From sequence record MW349128.1: 64,000 nucleotides of DNA; one strand, 5' to 3'. The position numbers and the translations under genes were made by a program. The stretch comes from Staphylococcus phage Machias. Positions 18,287-27,793 of the stretch are shown piece by piece. The stretch's first letter is position 1. Every line of letters starts with the position of its first letter. The notes under the pieces were generated by a model. It did not search any database. It saw nothing but the letters and a program-made list of their open reading frames with translations, and was not told the DNA's origin.

Positions 18287-18619
18287 ATGTTAAAAGATAG
18301 TAAAAAAGTTATAGATAGAATTTATGATAAAATTGTAGGAGACTTAATTGTTATATCTAATTGCAGACATTTGATGGAAGAAAGTTTCTTCTATAATATA
18401 GAAGATTCTAGAGAAAAAGATCTTGATAATTTAGCAGATTCTCTAACAGTAGTATCTTCAGATATATTTACATTAAAAGAAATATTAGAAATTGATGAAG
18501 AAACTATTAATGTAGAATTATTAGAAGAATATGGTTTAAATTATAAAATGATAGAGAACTTTCACCTTAAATTAGAATTAGGAAGTTATCATATGAAAGA
18601 ATTAAATAGTTTTGTATAA
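18287..18619 (+). CDS. hypothetical acidic protein
   Basis: 110 aa, with a promoter-hairpin module upstream. Confidence 0.5.
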   Translation: MLKDSKKVIDRIYDKIVGDLIVISNCRHLMEESFFYNIEDSREKDLDNLADSLTVVSSDIFTLKEILEIDEETINVELLEEYGLNYKMIENFHLKLELGSYHMKELNSFV

Positions 18620-18645
18620 ATAATATATTAAAGGAGATTAAATAT

Positions 18646-19131
18646 ATGAAGTATTTGGAGAATAAAAATAAGGAGGTCTTTCCAGTCACAGAAGAAGGAA
18701 TTGAAGATTTATTATTCTTTCTTCTAGACTACTCACAGAAGAATAACTTTAATACAATGCCTATAGTGAAAGAGATTAATGACCATGTGATGTTAGGGGA
18801 AGATATTAGAAAGAAATTTATTAATTCTAAAACAAATGAAAGTATCTTAGAATTAGGTAATGTAAAAGGAAGTTTAACAAATGAATTAGCTAGAAGTGGT
18901 TATATAACTAATTTTTCCGGTAATAAAAGATCTATTTCAATATATGTAAAAAACAATAATTTTAAATTTATTAGAATTTCAGATCATGCAATTAATAAAA
19001 AAGTAAACAATAAAGGAATCATTACAAATAGGTTTGACGGACAATTAGTATGTAAAAATAATTTAGTTAAATCTTCTGATTTGAAAAAGCATGGAATTGA
19101 TATTAGTGAAGGAATATACTATTTAGAATAG
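18646..19131 (+). CDS. hypothetical protein
   Basis: 161 aa with an AAAGGAG RBS. Confidence 0.55.
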   Translation: MKYLENKNKEVFPVTEEGIEDLLFFLLDYSQKNNFNTMPIVKEINDHVMLGEDIRKKFINSKTNESILELGNVKGSLTNELARSGYITNFSGNKRSISIYVKNNNFKFIRISDHAINKKVNNKGIITNRFDGQLVCKNNLVKSSDLKKHGIDISEGIYYLE

Positions 19132-19148
19132 AATGGAGAAAATAAATT

Positions 19149-19454
19149 ATGAAAAAGATTTTAATGTTATTTGGAGTTATAGTATTAACAACAGTACTGG
19201 CAGGTTGTACATGGTTTGACGATGCTGCTAAAGATCATAAATCAGATACATCAGGTCTAGAAAGAAAAGTAACTATATATAGTAAAGATGGTAAAGTATT
19301 ACATCAATATGAAGGAAAGAAAATCAGAACTAAATATAGTGATGAAGCAGGTGGTAGTTACATTGTTATTAATGTAGATGGTAAACGTTTGCAAGTATTA
19401 AATGCAGATGTAGTTATTGAAGAAAAAGGTATTGAGAAATTTGAAACGAAATAA
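19149..19454 (+). CDS. putative lipoprotein
   Basis: MKKILMLFGVIVLTTVLAGC is a signal peptide with an LAGC lipobox. Confidence 0.55.
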   Translation: MKKILMLFGVIVLTTVLAGCTWFDDAAKDHKSDTSGLERKVTIYSKDGKVLHQYEGKKIRTKYSDEAGGSYIVINVDGKRLQVLNADVVIEEKGIEKFETK

Positions 19455-19464
19455 AGATTAAATA

Positions 19465-19508
19465 TATATTATAATAATGAAGAAAGATAGAATATTAATA
19501 TCTTTCTA
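19465..19508 (+). promoter_or_regulatory. TATATTATAAT box plus hairpin module
   Basis: Near-identical to the 8793 module. Confidence 0.45.
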
Positions 19509-19519
19509 ATATAAAATTA

Positions 19520-19834
19520 ATGGAGGAATTTGTTATGGCAAAATTAAATGAAGAAGTACTAAGAGATTTACAACTTAAAGGTGAAGTAGATGGAGAATAT
19601 GAAGTACTAGAAAGTAATGAATTAGGTGTTGATGAAGGTTATGGAACTGAATCAGGTTTAATTGAAGAATTAGGATTAGATTCAGATTCAAGTATCTTCT
19701 CTTATACAGTAGTTAATATTAATGATGAAAATGACATGTATACTTTAGAATATTCTCATGAAGATGTGTTATTAACTATTCATGATTATGATGAAGAATT
19801 TGTACCTGAAACTATCTATAAAAATGTAATTTAA
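19520..19834 (+). CDS. acidic hypothetical protein
   Basis: 104 aa with a promoter module upstream and a terminator downstream. Confidence 0.5.
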   Translation: MEEFVMAKLNEEVLRDLQLKGEVDGEYEVLESNELGVDEGYGTESGLIEELGLDSDSSIFSYTVVNINDENDMYTLEYSHEDVLLTIHDYDEEFVPETIYKNVI

Positions 19835-19842
19835 TAAAATAT

Positions 19843-19891
19843 GAGATGATACTTTAATTAAAGTATCATCTCTATTATAATTAATTTTTTT
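19843..19891 (+). terminator. rho-independent terminator
   Basis: GAGATGATACTTTA/TAAAGTATCATCTC stem followed by T7. Confidence 0.65.
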
Positions 19892-19915
19892 ATTTGAAGG
19901 AGATGAAAAAGGTAG

Positions 19916-20542
19916 ATGAATTATTTCATGTTGGATTTTAGAGGTTTATTAAGAAATTTTAAAAATATTGATGCACTAAAATTACCATATAAACAAAATA
20001 AAGATAGTATTGATTCTCAAGAATTAAATATTATTTTATTTGAACAATTTTTCAATGAATTTTATACTGATAGAATGAGAAAAATAATTAAATATAACAC
20101 AATCACTATTGAATTGAATAGCTTAAGAAATATTATAGAATTTAAATACCATATAGTATCAAGAGGTAATATAGGTTTATTTAGAGAAGACGTATATGGA
20201 GATTATTATAGATTGACAGATAATATAGAAAATTCTAAAAATATATTTAATCTAATTAAAGAAGATATCAACAATTTAGATTTAGAATTTTCAAACCTAG
20301 AATTAATTATCGATATAAGTGAAAATAGGAATATCGTATTTGAATTAATTTCACATTGTAACTCTAAAGAAATTATCGAACCTATAAATAATAATATTGG
20401 ATATGATAATGGAAATAGTGCAAGAATGTATAAAGTTAATAATATGAGGCTATACAACTTTATGAATATTGTAAATAATAGAATACAAGAAATTAATGAA
20501 AAAGAATATAAAAATGAATTAATAAAAAGGGGATTTAAATAA
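19916..20542 (+). CDS. hypothetical protein; EYKxxLIK-tail family
   Basis: Ends EKEYKNELIKRGFK. Confidence 0.5.
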   Translation: MNYFMLDFRGLLRNFKNIDALKLPYKQNKDSIDSQELNIILFEQFFNEFYTDRMRKIIKYNTITIELNSLRNIIEFKYHIVSRGNIGLFREDVYGDYYRLTDNIENSKNIFNLIKEDINNLDLEFSNLELIIDISENRNIVFELISHCNSKEIIEPINNNIGYDNGNSARMYKVNNMRLYNFMNIVNNRIQEINEKEYKNELIKRGFK

Positions 20543-20543
20543 T

Positions 20544-21083
20544 ATGGAAATCATTAAAAAATTTAGAATAGAACAAGACGGTCACTTTGATATATTTCAT
20601 TTAATAAGAGATGAAGGAGAAATTTCAGATAAGGAAATCATCGACACTTATATGTTTTATAGATTTAAACATAATGTAGAAACTACACCAGGAAATGTAT
20701 TGATTAATTTTAAATTGATAAATATGAATAATGAAGTAGTTAAACATATATCATTTGAGAATAGTCCTGAATGGGTTGAAGATAATCATTTAAATAATAT
20801 AATTCACGTTCATGAAAATGGAGAAGAATATACTAAAAATATTAGTTTCTTAGAAAGTAAAAATATGAATAAATTTATATTTAATAGCTATATACGTAAT
20901 ATTAAAGAAGATATGTATATAGTTTTTTCATACAATTTTGATTTTCTTCCAGAACATGATGGAGAGGAAGAAGATGTTATTTTCTATAGTTCTGATTATA
21001 ATTTATATGAATATAAAGGGTATATAGATGATATGTCTAAAGAAGAATACAAAAAATTTATAGTAAGAGAGACATTTAAATAA
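20544..21083 (+). CDS. hypothetical protein; EYKxxLIK-tail family
   Basis: Begins MEIIKKF and ends EEYKKFIVRETFK. Confidence 0.5.
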   Translation: MEIIKKFRIEQDGHFDIFHLIRDEGEISDKEIIDTYMFYRFKHNVETTPGNVLINFKLINMNNEVVKHISFENSPEWVEDNHLNNIIHVHENGEEYTKNISFLESKNMNKFIFNSYIRNIKEDMYIVFSYNFDFLPEHDGEEEDVIFYSSDYNLYEYKGYIDDMSKEEYKKFIVRETFK

Positions 21084-21101
21084 GGAGATGAAATTGTTAT
21101 T

Positions 21102-21944
21102 ATGGAAATCATTAAAATAGATAAAAGACTAACTAAAAAGGATAATGAGAATACAAAATTGAATATGTTGTATAAAAATAATGAAGATGATAATTTTTAT
21201 AAATTCTTTATCAATTCTGTTGTAGATTATAATTCAAATTATAAAAATGATGGAAAATTTATGCCCCAAGTAGGTACAATATTTGTACATGATATTGTAC
21301 CTGAAGATGAAAGATATAGTGATAATTATTTTGACATAAGTGAAGTAATGCAATTATTTAATAAAAAATTATTTAGACATGTTAAAAAGGATATAGACAA
21401 TAGAATAGATATATTATATATAGAAAATCGTGGTACTAAAGAAAGTTATTATTTAATTTTATCTAATAAAGTAAATAAAAGAATATTAAATAGATTTAAA
21501 GAGTATCAATTTAAATTAGATAATTATGTAAAAGGTAAAAATAGAAAGCAAATCAATCCTTATCTTTTTAATAATTATTCATCTCCAAATAAATTATATG
21601 AAGTTATTTCAAAAACAATAACTTCATATATCAATATATCTAGGAGAGATCGTATAAATAATAAAGAAATGAAAAATATGAAATTCTTTTTAATTCCTAA
21701 TAAAGAAGAATTAAATAATTTCTTATCAGTTTTAATGAAAAAATATAATTATGAAATACTAAATTGCAATTTCTTTAGAGATAAAAAAGGTATTGAATTA
21801 TATTCTTTATATTTTAAAGATGAAGTAATAGATAATTTAGATTCTATATCATATAAAGATATTATTAATAAAAATAAAGAAAAAATAACTTTTGTACCAG
21901 AAGATGAATATAAGAAGATAGCAGTAAAAGAAAGTTTTAAATAG
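21102..21944 (+). CDS. hypothetical protein; EYKxxLIK-tail family
   Basis: Begins MEIIKID and ends EDEYKKIAVKESFK. Confidence 0.5.
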   Translation: MEIIKIDKRLTKKDNENTKLNMLYKNNEDDNFYKFFINSVVDYNSNYKNDGKFMPQVGTIFVHDIVPEDERYSDNYFDISEVMQLFNKKLFRHVKKDIDNRIDILYIENRGTKESYYLILSNKVNKRILNRFKEYQFKLDNYVKGKNRKQINPYLFNNYSSPNKLYEVISKTITSYINISRRDRINNKEMKNMKFFLIPNKEELNNFLSVLMKKYNYEILNCNFFRDKKGIELYSLYFKDEVIDNLDSISYKDIINKNKEKITFVPEDEYKKIAVKESFK

Positions 21945-21952
21945 ATTATATA

Positions 21953-22016
21953 ACATCTCATCCATAAATAATATAGTAACTTTTTATTATATTATAATAT
22001 AGAAATGGATGAGATG
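21953..22016 (+). promoter_or_regulatory. TATTATATTATAATAT box embedded in a 12-bp inverted repeat
   Basis: CATCTCATCCAT...TATTATATTATAATAT...ATGGATGAGATG upstream of the 22022 ORF. Confidence 0.35.
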
Positions 22017-22021
22017 CTTTT

Positions 22022-22684
22022 ATGGTTAACTACTTATATCGTTTTAACAAAGAAAATGTAAATATATTTTATCATAAGAGAAGTGCCAATGGTAATAAAA
22101 AGATCTATGACTTTAATGATAATAAAGACAGATCAATTTATTTAATTAATTCTGATGAAGAAATTAATAATATGGAAAAAGCATCTAAATGTATAGCTAA
22201 TAAAATATTTGAAATTCTTAATAGAGAAAATATGAAAGTAGTTCATATGGATTTCTTTAATAGTAAATTAGAATTCTTTATTAGTAAAACATCTAAAAAT
22301 AGATATATAATGAATATGTATTTCAGTTTAAAAAGTTATTCAGATTTAATTGAAAACGAAAAAGAATTTATAGATAGTATACATGAAATTGATCTAGATT
22401 TTTTAAAATCTGTTTCTCTGGATCATTACAATACAGAGTATGTATTAGATTTGACATTAATATTTTTAATAGATAAAAATAAAATAGATGAATTTATAGA
22501 GAATTTATTTTACTCAAACTATATTAAGATCATTCAATTCATTTTGGATAATATTGCAGTATATGCAGATGATTATAATAAATTCAATAATGAGATAAAA
22601 GTTCTTTTGGATCATAGAAATTTTATAGAAAGTATAGATAAAAAAGAATATAAATCAATATTAACTAAAGAATTATTTATATAA
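22022..22684 (+). CDS. hypothetical protein; EYKxxLIK-tail family
   Basis: Ends KKEYKSILTKELFI. Confidence 0.5.
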   Translation: MVNYLYRFNKENVNIFYHKRSANGNKKIYDFNDNKDRSIYLINSDEEINNMEKASKCIANKIFEILNRENMKVVHMDFFNSKLEFFISKTSKNRYIMNMYFSLKSYSDLIENEKEFIDSIHEIDLDFLKSVSLDHYNTEYVLDLTLIFLIDKNKIDEFIENLFYSNYIKIIQFILDNIAVYADDYNKFNNEIKVLLDHRNFIESIDKKEYKSILTKELFI

Positions 22685-22697
22685 TAATAGAAAGAAA

Positions 22698-23396
22698 GTG
22701 ATTAATATCAGAATACTTAAAGAAAAAGAACTAATAGGTCCTAGAGTAATTCCTTTAAGTTTTAATCAATTATGTGATCTATATAAAGATAATCCAGTTT
22801 ATTTAAGAATACCAAACATGGTTAATAATTTTAATAAATCAGTAAAATTAAATGACATGCATCTAGACTATTTAAAAACTTTTATAAATAAAGAAACTAT
22901 AGTTGATATACTGAAATCTTTAAATGATTATAATAATATGGATTATTATAACAATGAAGACTTTTTAAATATAGTGTTATATAAAAGTAATTACAATAGA
23001 CCTTATAATCCTAATGATGAAAGAGCATTATTAAATATGAGCTTTGAATTCATGATTAGTAATAAAGAACAAAAAGAACAAGCTGAATTATTAATAAAAA
23101 ATATTCATAAAGAAATAAAATATTTAAGGGATAAGTATACCTATATATTTACATTAAGTAAACCTAAAAATAGAAAACGAGATAGAATAATAATTAATAT
23201 AAAGAATTATAATGATGAAGACACTTTTTCTATAATAGATTTGATAAGTAATTTAGGAGAAGAATATTGTAAGAAAAGTCCTATTTTTAATACATTGACT
23301 TATGCATTAATGTCTAATTATAATTTTGATTTTATAGAAGAAGATGAATTCAAAGATATAGAAAGAAAAGCAAAAATTAAAAATGCATTTATTTAA
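22698..23396 (+). CDS. hypothetical protein; divergent member of the tail-motif family
   Basis: Ends EDEFKDIERKAKIKNAFI, followed by a terminator. Confidence 0.5.
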   Translation: MINIRILKEKELIGPRVIPLSFNQLCDLYKDNPVYLRIPNMVNNFNKSVKLNDMHLDYLKTFINKETIVDILKSLNDYNNMDYYNNEDFLNIVLYKSNYNRPYNPNDERALLNMSFEFMISNKEQKEQAELLIKNIHKEIKYLRDKYTYIFTLSKPKNRKRDRIIINIKNYNDEDTFSIIDLISNLGEEYCKKSPIFNTLTYALMSNYNFDFIEEDEFKDIERKAKIKNAFI

Positions 23397-23413
23397 TGTT
23401 TATTAATAACATT

Positions 23414-23457
23414 CACATATCTTAATTAATTTTAAGATATGTGATTTATTTTTTTTT
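23414..23457 (+). terminator. rho-independent terminator
   Basis: CACATATCTTAA/TTAAGATATGTG 12-bp stem followed by T10. Confidence 0.65.
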
Positions 23458-23585
23458 ATCAGAAATTGTATTTTTTAGATTAATATGAACAATTTTTTAT
23501 TAATCTGTACACGTATTTAGAAAAATAACAAAACATAATTTTTATATCATTATATAAATATTTTGAAAAAGGAGAATTACTTATT

Positions 23586-24197
23586 ATGGAAAAACAAAAT
23601 GCAATTCAAGAAGAGTTAGAACAACTTTTCGAACAAGCTCAGGAAGAAGCTCTTGAAGAACAATTCGAAAGTATCATTGAATCAGCAGATGAAGATGAAA
23701 GTAAATCTAAAGAAGATTCTGAAACAAAATCTGATGAAGATGATGATGAAACTTCAGTAGAAGAACAATTCGAAAGTATCATTGAATCAGCAGATGAAGA
23801 TGATTCTGAAGATGATGAAGATTCAGTTGAAGAGTCTGATGAAGATGATTCTGAAGATGATGAAGATTCAGTTGAAGAAGACGAAGATGAAGATTCTGAA
23901 GATGATGAGGATTCAGTTGAAGAAGACGAAGATGAAGATTCTGAAGATGATGAAGATTCATTAGAAGAAGAATTAGAACGTCTATTCGAAGAAAATGAAA
24001 AGCCTGAGATGGATGTTTCTAAACAAACAACTAAAGCTAACAAAATGAATTCAGAAAAATCTCCAGATTCTAAAGAACACCCAGAAGAAGATGTAGATAA
24101 AATTACTAAAGAAGATGAAGACGAAGAAGAAGATTCAGAAGATGAAGAAAGCACAAACGAATCATTAGAAGAATCATTAGATCGTATCTTTGGATAA
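23586..24197 (+). CDS. hyper-acidic Asp/Glu-rich repeat protein
   Basis: 203 aa, more than half D or E, built on a 45-bp tandem repeat (SEDDEDSVEEDEDED units). It has its own terminator. Confidence 0.55.
   Translation: MEKQNAIQEELEQLFEQAQEEALEEQFESIIESADEDESKSKEDSETKSDEDDDETSVEEQFESIIESADEDDSEDDEDSVEESDEDDSEDDEDSVEEDEDEDSEDDEDSVEEDEDEDSEDDEDSLEEELERLFEENEKPEMDVSKQTTKANKMNSEKSPDSKEHPEEDVDKITKEDEDEEEDSEDEESTNESLEESLDRIFG
23790..23960 (+). repeat. 45-bp tandem repeat (about 3.5 copies) inside the acidic-protein gene
   Basis: GATTCTGAAGATGATGAAGATTCAGTTGAAGA... repeats with minor variants. Confidence 0.7.
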
Positions 24198-24216
24198 TTA
24201 AAATTTAAAAATATAT

Positions 24217-24260
24217 CCCCTAACCTATTAATTTAGGTTAGGGGAATTTTATTATTTTTT
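24217..24260. terminator. bidirectional terminator between convergent genes
   Basis: CCCCTAACCTA/TAGGTTAGGGG 11-bp stem with T-runs on both sides. Confidence 0.65.
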
Positions 24261-24261
24261 T

Positions 24262-24696
24262 TTAATATATACGATTACCAAAAGCATCAATACCATCTAA
24301 AGGATTTGTTTTGCTACCTAATGACTGGAAGTCGTCTCCACCATAAGTTCCTTTAAAGTTTGTATCTACACCTTTAGATAACTCTTCACTCATAAGATTC
24401 ATATTCTTAATACGATCTATTTTACGTCTTTGATGATCTTCAATATCAGATTCTGACATTAATCTATTTTCATCAATTTCTTCATTTTCTTTTAATTTAG
24501 TTACCGGTTTAAATCCTTCCATAACTACATAAAATTTATCTATTTGATCTTTATATTTAAAAGGTATTTTTGTTTTTAAATGTAAAGTTGTAGGTTCATC
24601 TTCATATTGAAGAGTTTCATAGTCAATAATATTTCCTTCTTTATCAACTGTTACCGCTAAATCTAACATAACTTCTTCTTTATTTTCTTCTGACAA
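24262..24696 (-). CDS. hypothetical protein
   Basis: 144-aa ORF on the opposite strand after a bidirectional terminator. Confidence 0.5.
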   Translation of the reverse strand: MSEENKEEVMLDLAVTVDKEGNIIDYETLQYEDEPTTLHLKTKIPFKYKDQIDKFYVVMEGFKPVTKLKENEEIDENRLMSESDIEDHQRRKIDRIKNMNLMSEELSKGVDTNFKGTYGGDDFQSLGSKTNPLDGIDAFGNRIY

Positions 24697-24717
24697 AGTT
24701 CTTCATCCTTTCATATA

Positions 24718-27714
24718 TTAATTTCTACCATAAATATAAGAGTTTAAGAACCAAGCATTACCTTTTTGACCCGGTTTAACTCTAGCTCTAATAGCAATGG
24801 ATGCTATAGATTGGTGAGGAGTTCCCATATCTACTCTTATCTCTTTAAATTTAGTCTTAGTTACACTAGTTGAAGTATCTTTAGCTATAGAAATAGTTTT
24901 ATCAAAGATAACACCATTTTGTTCATTAAATGAATCTACTTTAATATCTATTCCACATTGTGGAGTAGCATACCAAATACCTATATGCAACCATCTAGTT
25001 TCATGTTGACCGTATAGAGTCATTGCACGTCTGAAATAACTACCTGTAGTTTTATCACTAAACATAAATGCATTACCAACATTTTTAAATCTAGGTGTAC
25101 CATTAGACATTAAATCTTGTACCCCTGGTTCTGAACGTACATAAGCTGTAGCAAACTGAGGCATACCATTGTATATAATATAACCTCCATCTGGACGTTT
25201 TATCGTCATACCACCTTTAACTTGTCCCATTGCATCCATCATAGTTTGGATAACTATATTTTTAGACATCAAATTAGTAATAGAAGCTTCTTTAATAGTA
25301 GCTCTACCATTTTGAATAATAACGTCTCCATCATTAATATTAACCATATTAGATTTAAGAGCAATACTATTAGGATCAATATCAAAAGTAGATAGCTTAT
25401 CATTTGAACTAGATGACATAGAAATACCGTTTGCTAATATAGATAATGCAGAACCCATTTTTTCCATTTTAGATTTATCTGCATTATATGTTTCTTTTGT
25501 TACAGATAAGTCTATTTTAGATTCAGTTTGACTGATTCTACTTTCCATATTAGTTATTCTAGCATTACTATCATTTATTGAAGGTTGCCAAGCAGTAGCT
25601 TTATTACCTTCTTCTACTTTTAATCCTTCTACATCTACAGATAATGGGAATGCACCATTACGATTAATAACCATTTCTATAAGATTACTAGCTGTGAAAC
25701 TGTCATTAGGTATAAATACAACTTCAATAAATGTTAATGATGTTGTATCGTTAAATGTAATACTTCTAGAATCACTTCCAATTTTATTACCATTAACAGA
25801 ACAAGAAGTTACAGAAGCATTAGGAATATTAATATCAACATTTGTAAGTGTCCCAGTTTTCTTTTCTAAATTAAAACCTAATACATGTTCACGTCTATTT
25901 CTCACTTTATCTAATTTAAATTTAATACCTTGTCCGTTAGCAGTTAAAGCTACATTCATTTCACCGTTCTCTTTATAAGTATTCTTATTTAGAGTTGCAG
26001 ATCCTATAGCTAAAATATTTTCATAACTTACTAAGTTCATTCCACCTACAGTGATTTTGCTAGCTTCATCAACTGCATATCCATTAGAAATATTATCTAC
26101 TGCCTTTTGAATAGATGATTTAATATTTGACTGTGCTTCATTATATCTTAAGAAATTTGTATTAAATTGAGCTACTTCTTCTTTAGTAGCTATTCCATCT
26201 GAAATTGTATTAGTTATATCTTGTAGTAATATATTATATTTTTCATTGAATAAATCATAATTATTTTTCAATTCAGTTTTAACACTATTTGTCATCATTT
26301 TATTTGCATATAATGAATTAAATATTTGATCTATTTCTTTTTTATCTTTATCAATGATATTCTTTTGCTTTTCAATAGCTATTTTTTCTGCATTAGATAT
26401 AATACCATCTTTAAAAGCTTCAGTAACAGTATCTCCTAATCCAATGGCATTCTCTTCAATATTATCTATTTTACTATTGATATCTTTGTTATAATTCTCT
26501 AACATATTATCAAAGTCTTCTGGAGCAGGAGTCCAGTCAGATGATACACTACCTCTTTCAACTTTAACACTAGATATATCAAATGTACCATTTAATTGAT
26601 TTAAATTAGTATCCACACCAATTAATAATTTTGTACTATTTCTTCCAGTTAAAGTTTGTTTATATACAAATGAATATCTATGCCATTCTTCATCAATATC
26701 TAAATATTTTTCAGAAATAGGTGTAGTATAATTACCTGAAGGATCAATAAAGTAACAATGATCAAGTCTATTAAATGTATCTGATCTAAAATCAAATGAA
26801 ATAGTATAAGTCTCATTATATTTTAAAGGGAAAGAATTATAGCTTATAGCTCCAACTTCTCCTTCTATTCCATCGGTATTAATAGTAAAATAACTCTTAC
26901 CGTTATTATCTTGACCGAATGTTAAAGCATTCTCTTTAGTTGAAGATAAACTTTCAGGGTATAATAACCAATTACCTTTAATAGCTAATGAATTTTCTAG
27001 TAAGTTTTTACCACCAATAGTAATTCCGTCAATTTCTGATTTAGAAACAGTCTGTTCTATTAAATCTGCAAACTGAGATACTTGACTTTCAAATTCAGTT
27101 ACTTTATTATTCATAGTATCTATATCAGCTCTAGTAACTGTATCTTGTAAAACTCTAGCTGTTTGTTCTCTAAATGATTCTAATTTAGTAATACTTTGAT
27201 TAATTTCATTAAGTGTGTAATCAGTAGCAATACTCTTAATAGACTCAGCTGTTTGTTCAACTTTAGTACTTAAATATTGTATAGATGATTCATATTTATT
27301 AACTTTAGACATAGTTGAAGAAATTGATTCTTCATTAGCTGAGACTCTGCCATTAAGGTTTTCTAAATTACCTTTAATATCAGAATCCCAACCACCTTCA
27401 GCTAATCTATCAATATAGTCAATACTTAATTTTTGATATTTTCTTAATTCTGTTTTAAGTGTATCAAGTGTAACATAATTAGAAAGATCTAAATCAATAT
27501 CATGACTACCATCTAAATTTCTTAATTTTTCTATTAAGTTATCATTTTCTTTATCAATATTATCCAGATTTTCATTAAGTACATTAATCTTATTCTTATT
27601 ATCTTCTGATAAATTCTTAATACTATCTTGATCTTGAACTAAAGAATTTATCTTAGACTTAATAGAATTCATCTCTTCACTTATTTGTAAGAGATTTTTA
27701 TCTTTATCTTCCAT
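24718..27714 (-). CDS. tail fibre or receptor-binding-like structural protein
   Basis: 998 aa with N-terminal coiled-coil heptads, then beta-rich modules. It contains the ERGSVSSDWTPAPEDFD linker motif that recurs in the 3084-aa protein. Confidence 0.5.
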   Translation of the reverse strand: MEDKDKNLLQISEEMNSIKSKINSLVQDQDSIKNLSEDNKNKINVLNENLDNIDKENDNLIEKLRNLDGSHDIDLDLSNYVTLDTLKTELRKYQKLSIDYIDRLAEGGWDSDIKGNLENLNGRVSANEESISSTMSKVNKYESSIQYLSTKVEQTAESIKSIATDYTLNEINQSITKLESFREQTARVLQDTVTRADIDTMNNKVTEFESQVSQFADLIEQTVSKSEIDGITIGGKNLLENSLAIKGNWLLYPESLSSTKENALTFGQDNNGKSYFTINTDGIEGEVGAISYNSFPLKYNETYTISFDFRSDTFNRLDHCYFIDPSGNYTTPISEKYLDIDEEWHRYSFVYKQTLTGRNSTKLLIGVDTNLNQLNGTFDISSVKVERGSVSSDWTPAPEDFDNMLENYNKDINSKIDNIEENAIGLGDTVTEAFKDGIISNAEKIAIEKQKNIIDKDKKEIDQIFNSLYANKMMTNSVKTELKNNYDLFNEKYNILLQDITNTISDGIATKEEVAQFNTNFLRYNEAQSNIKSSIQKAVDNISNGYAVDEASKITVGGMNLVSYENILAIGSATLNKNTYKENGEMNVALTANGQGIKFKLDKVRNRREHVLGFNLEKKTGTLTNVDINIPNASVTSCSVNGNKIGSDSRSITFNDTTSLTFIEVVFIPNDSFTASNLIEMVINRNGAFPLSVDVEGLKVEEGNKATAWQPSINDSNARITNMESRISQTESKIDLSVTKETYNADKSKMEKMGSALSILANGISMSSSSNDKLSTFDIDPNSIALKSNMVNINDGDVIIQNGRATIKEASITNLMSKNIVIQTMMDAMGQVKGGMTIKRPDGGYIIYNGMPQFATAYVRSEPGVQDLMSNGTPRFKNVGNAFMFSDKTTGSYFRRAMTLYGQHETRWLHIGIWYATPQCGIDIKVDSFNEQNGVIFDKTISIAKDTSTSVTKTKFKEIRVDMGTPHQSIASIAIRARVKPGQKGNAWFLNSYIYGRN

Positions 27715-27793
27715 TATGAATATTCACCAAACTTTCGCTCCTATTTTTATTATTATAAGAGAATGTTTTACTAGTTTTAATAGTATTCATGTA

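Noticed and set aside
23639-24154. 171-aa Ser-rich ORF antisense to the acidic-repeat gene, plus the ORFs at 23779-23961 (- strand) and 23782-23964 (+ strand)
   Set aside because: These are reading-frame artefacts of the GAT/GAA tandem repeat. They have no RBS and are implausible low-complexity products.
25694-25978. 94-aa + strand ORF inside the 998-aa fibre gene
   Set aside because: It lies antisense within a long, well-supported CDS and has no RBS.
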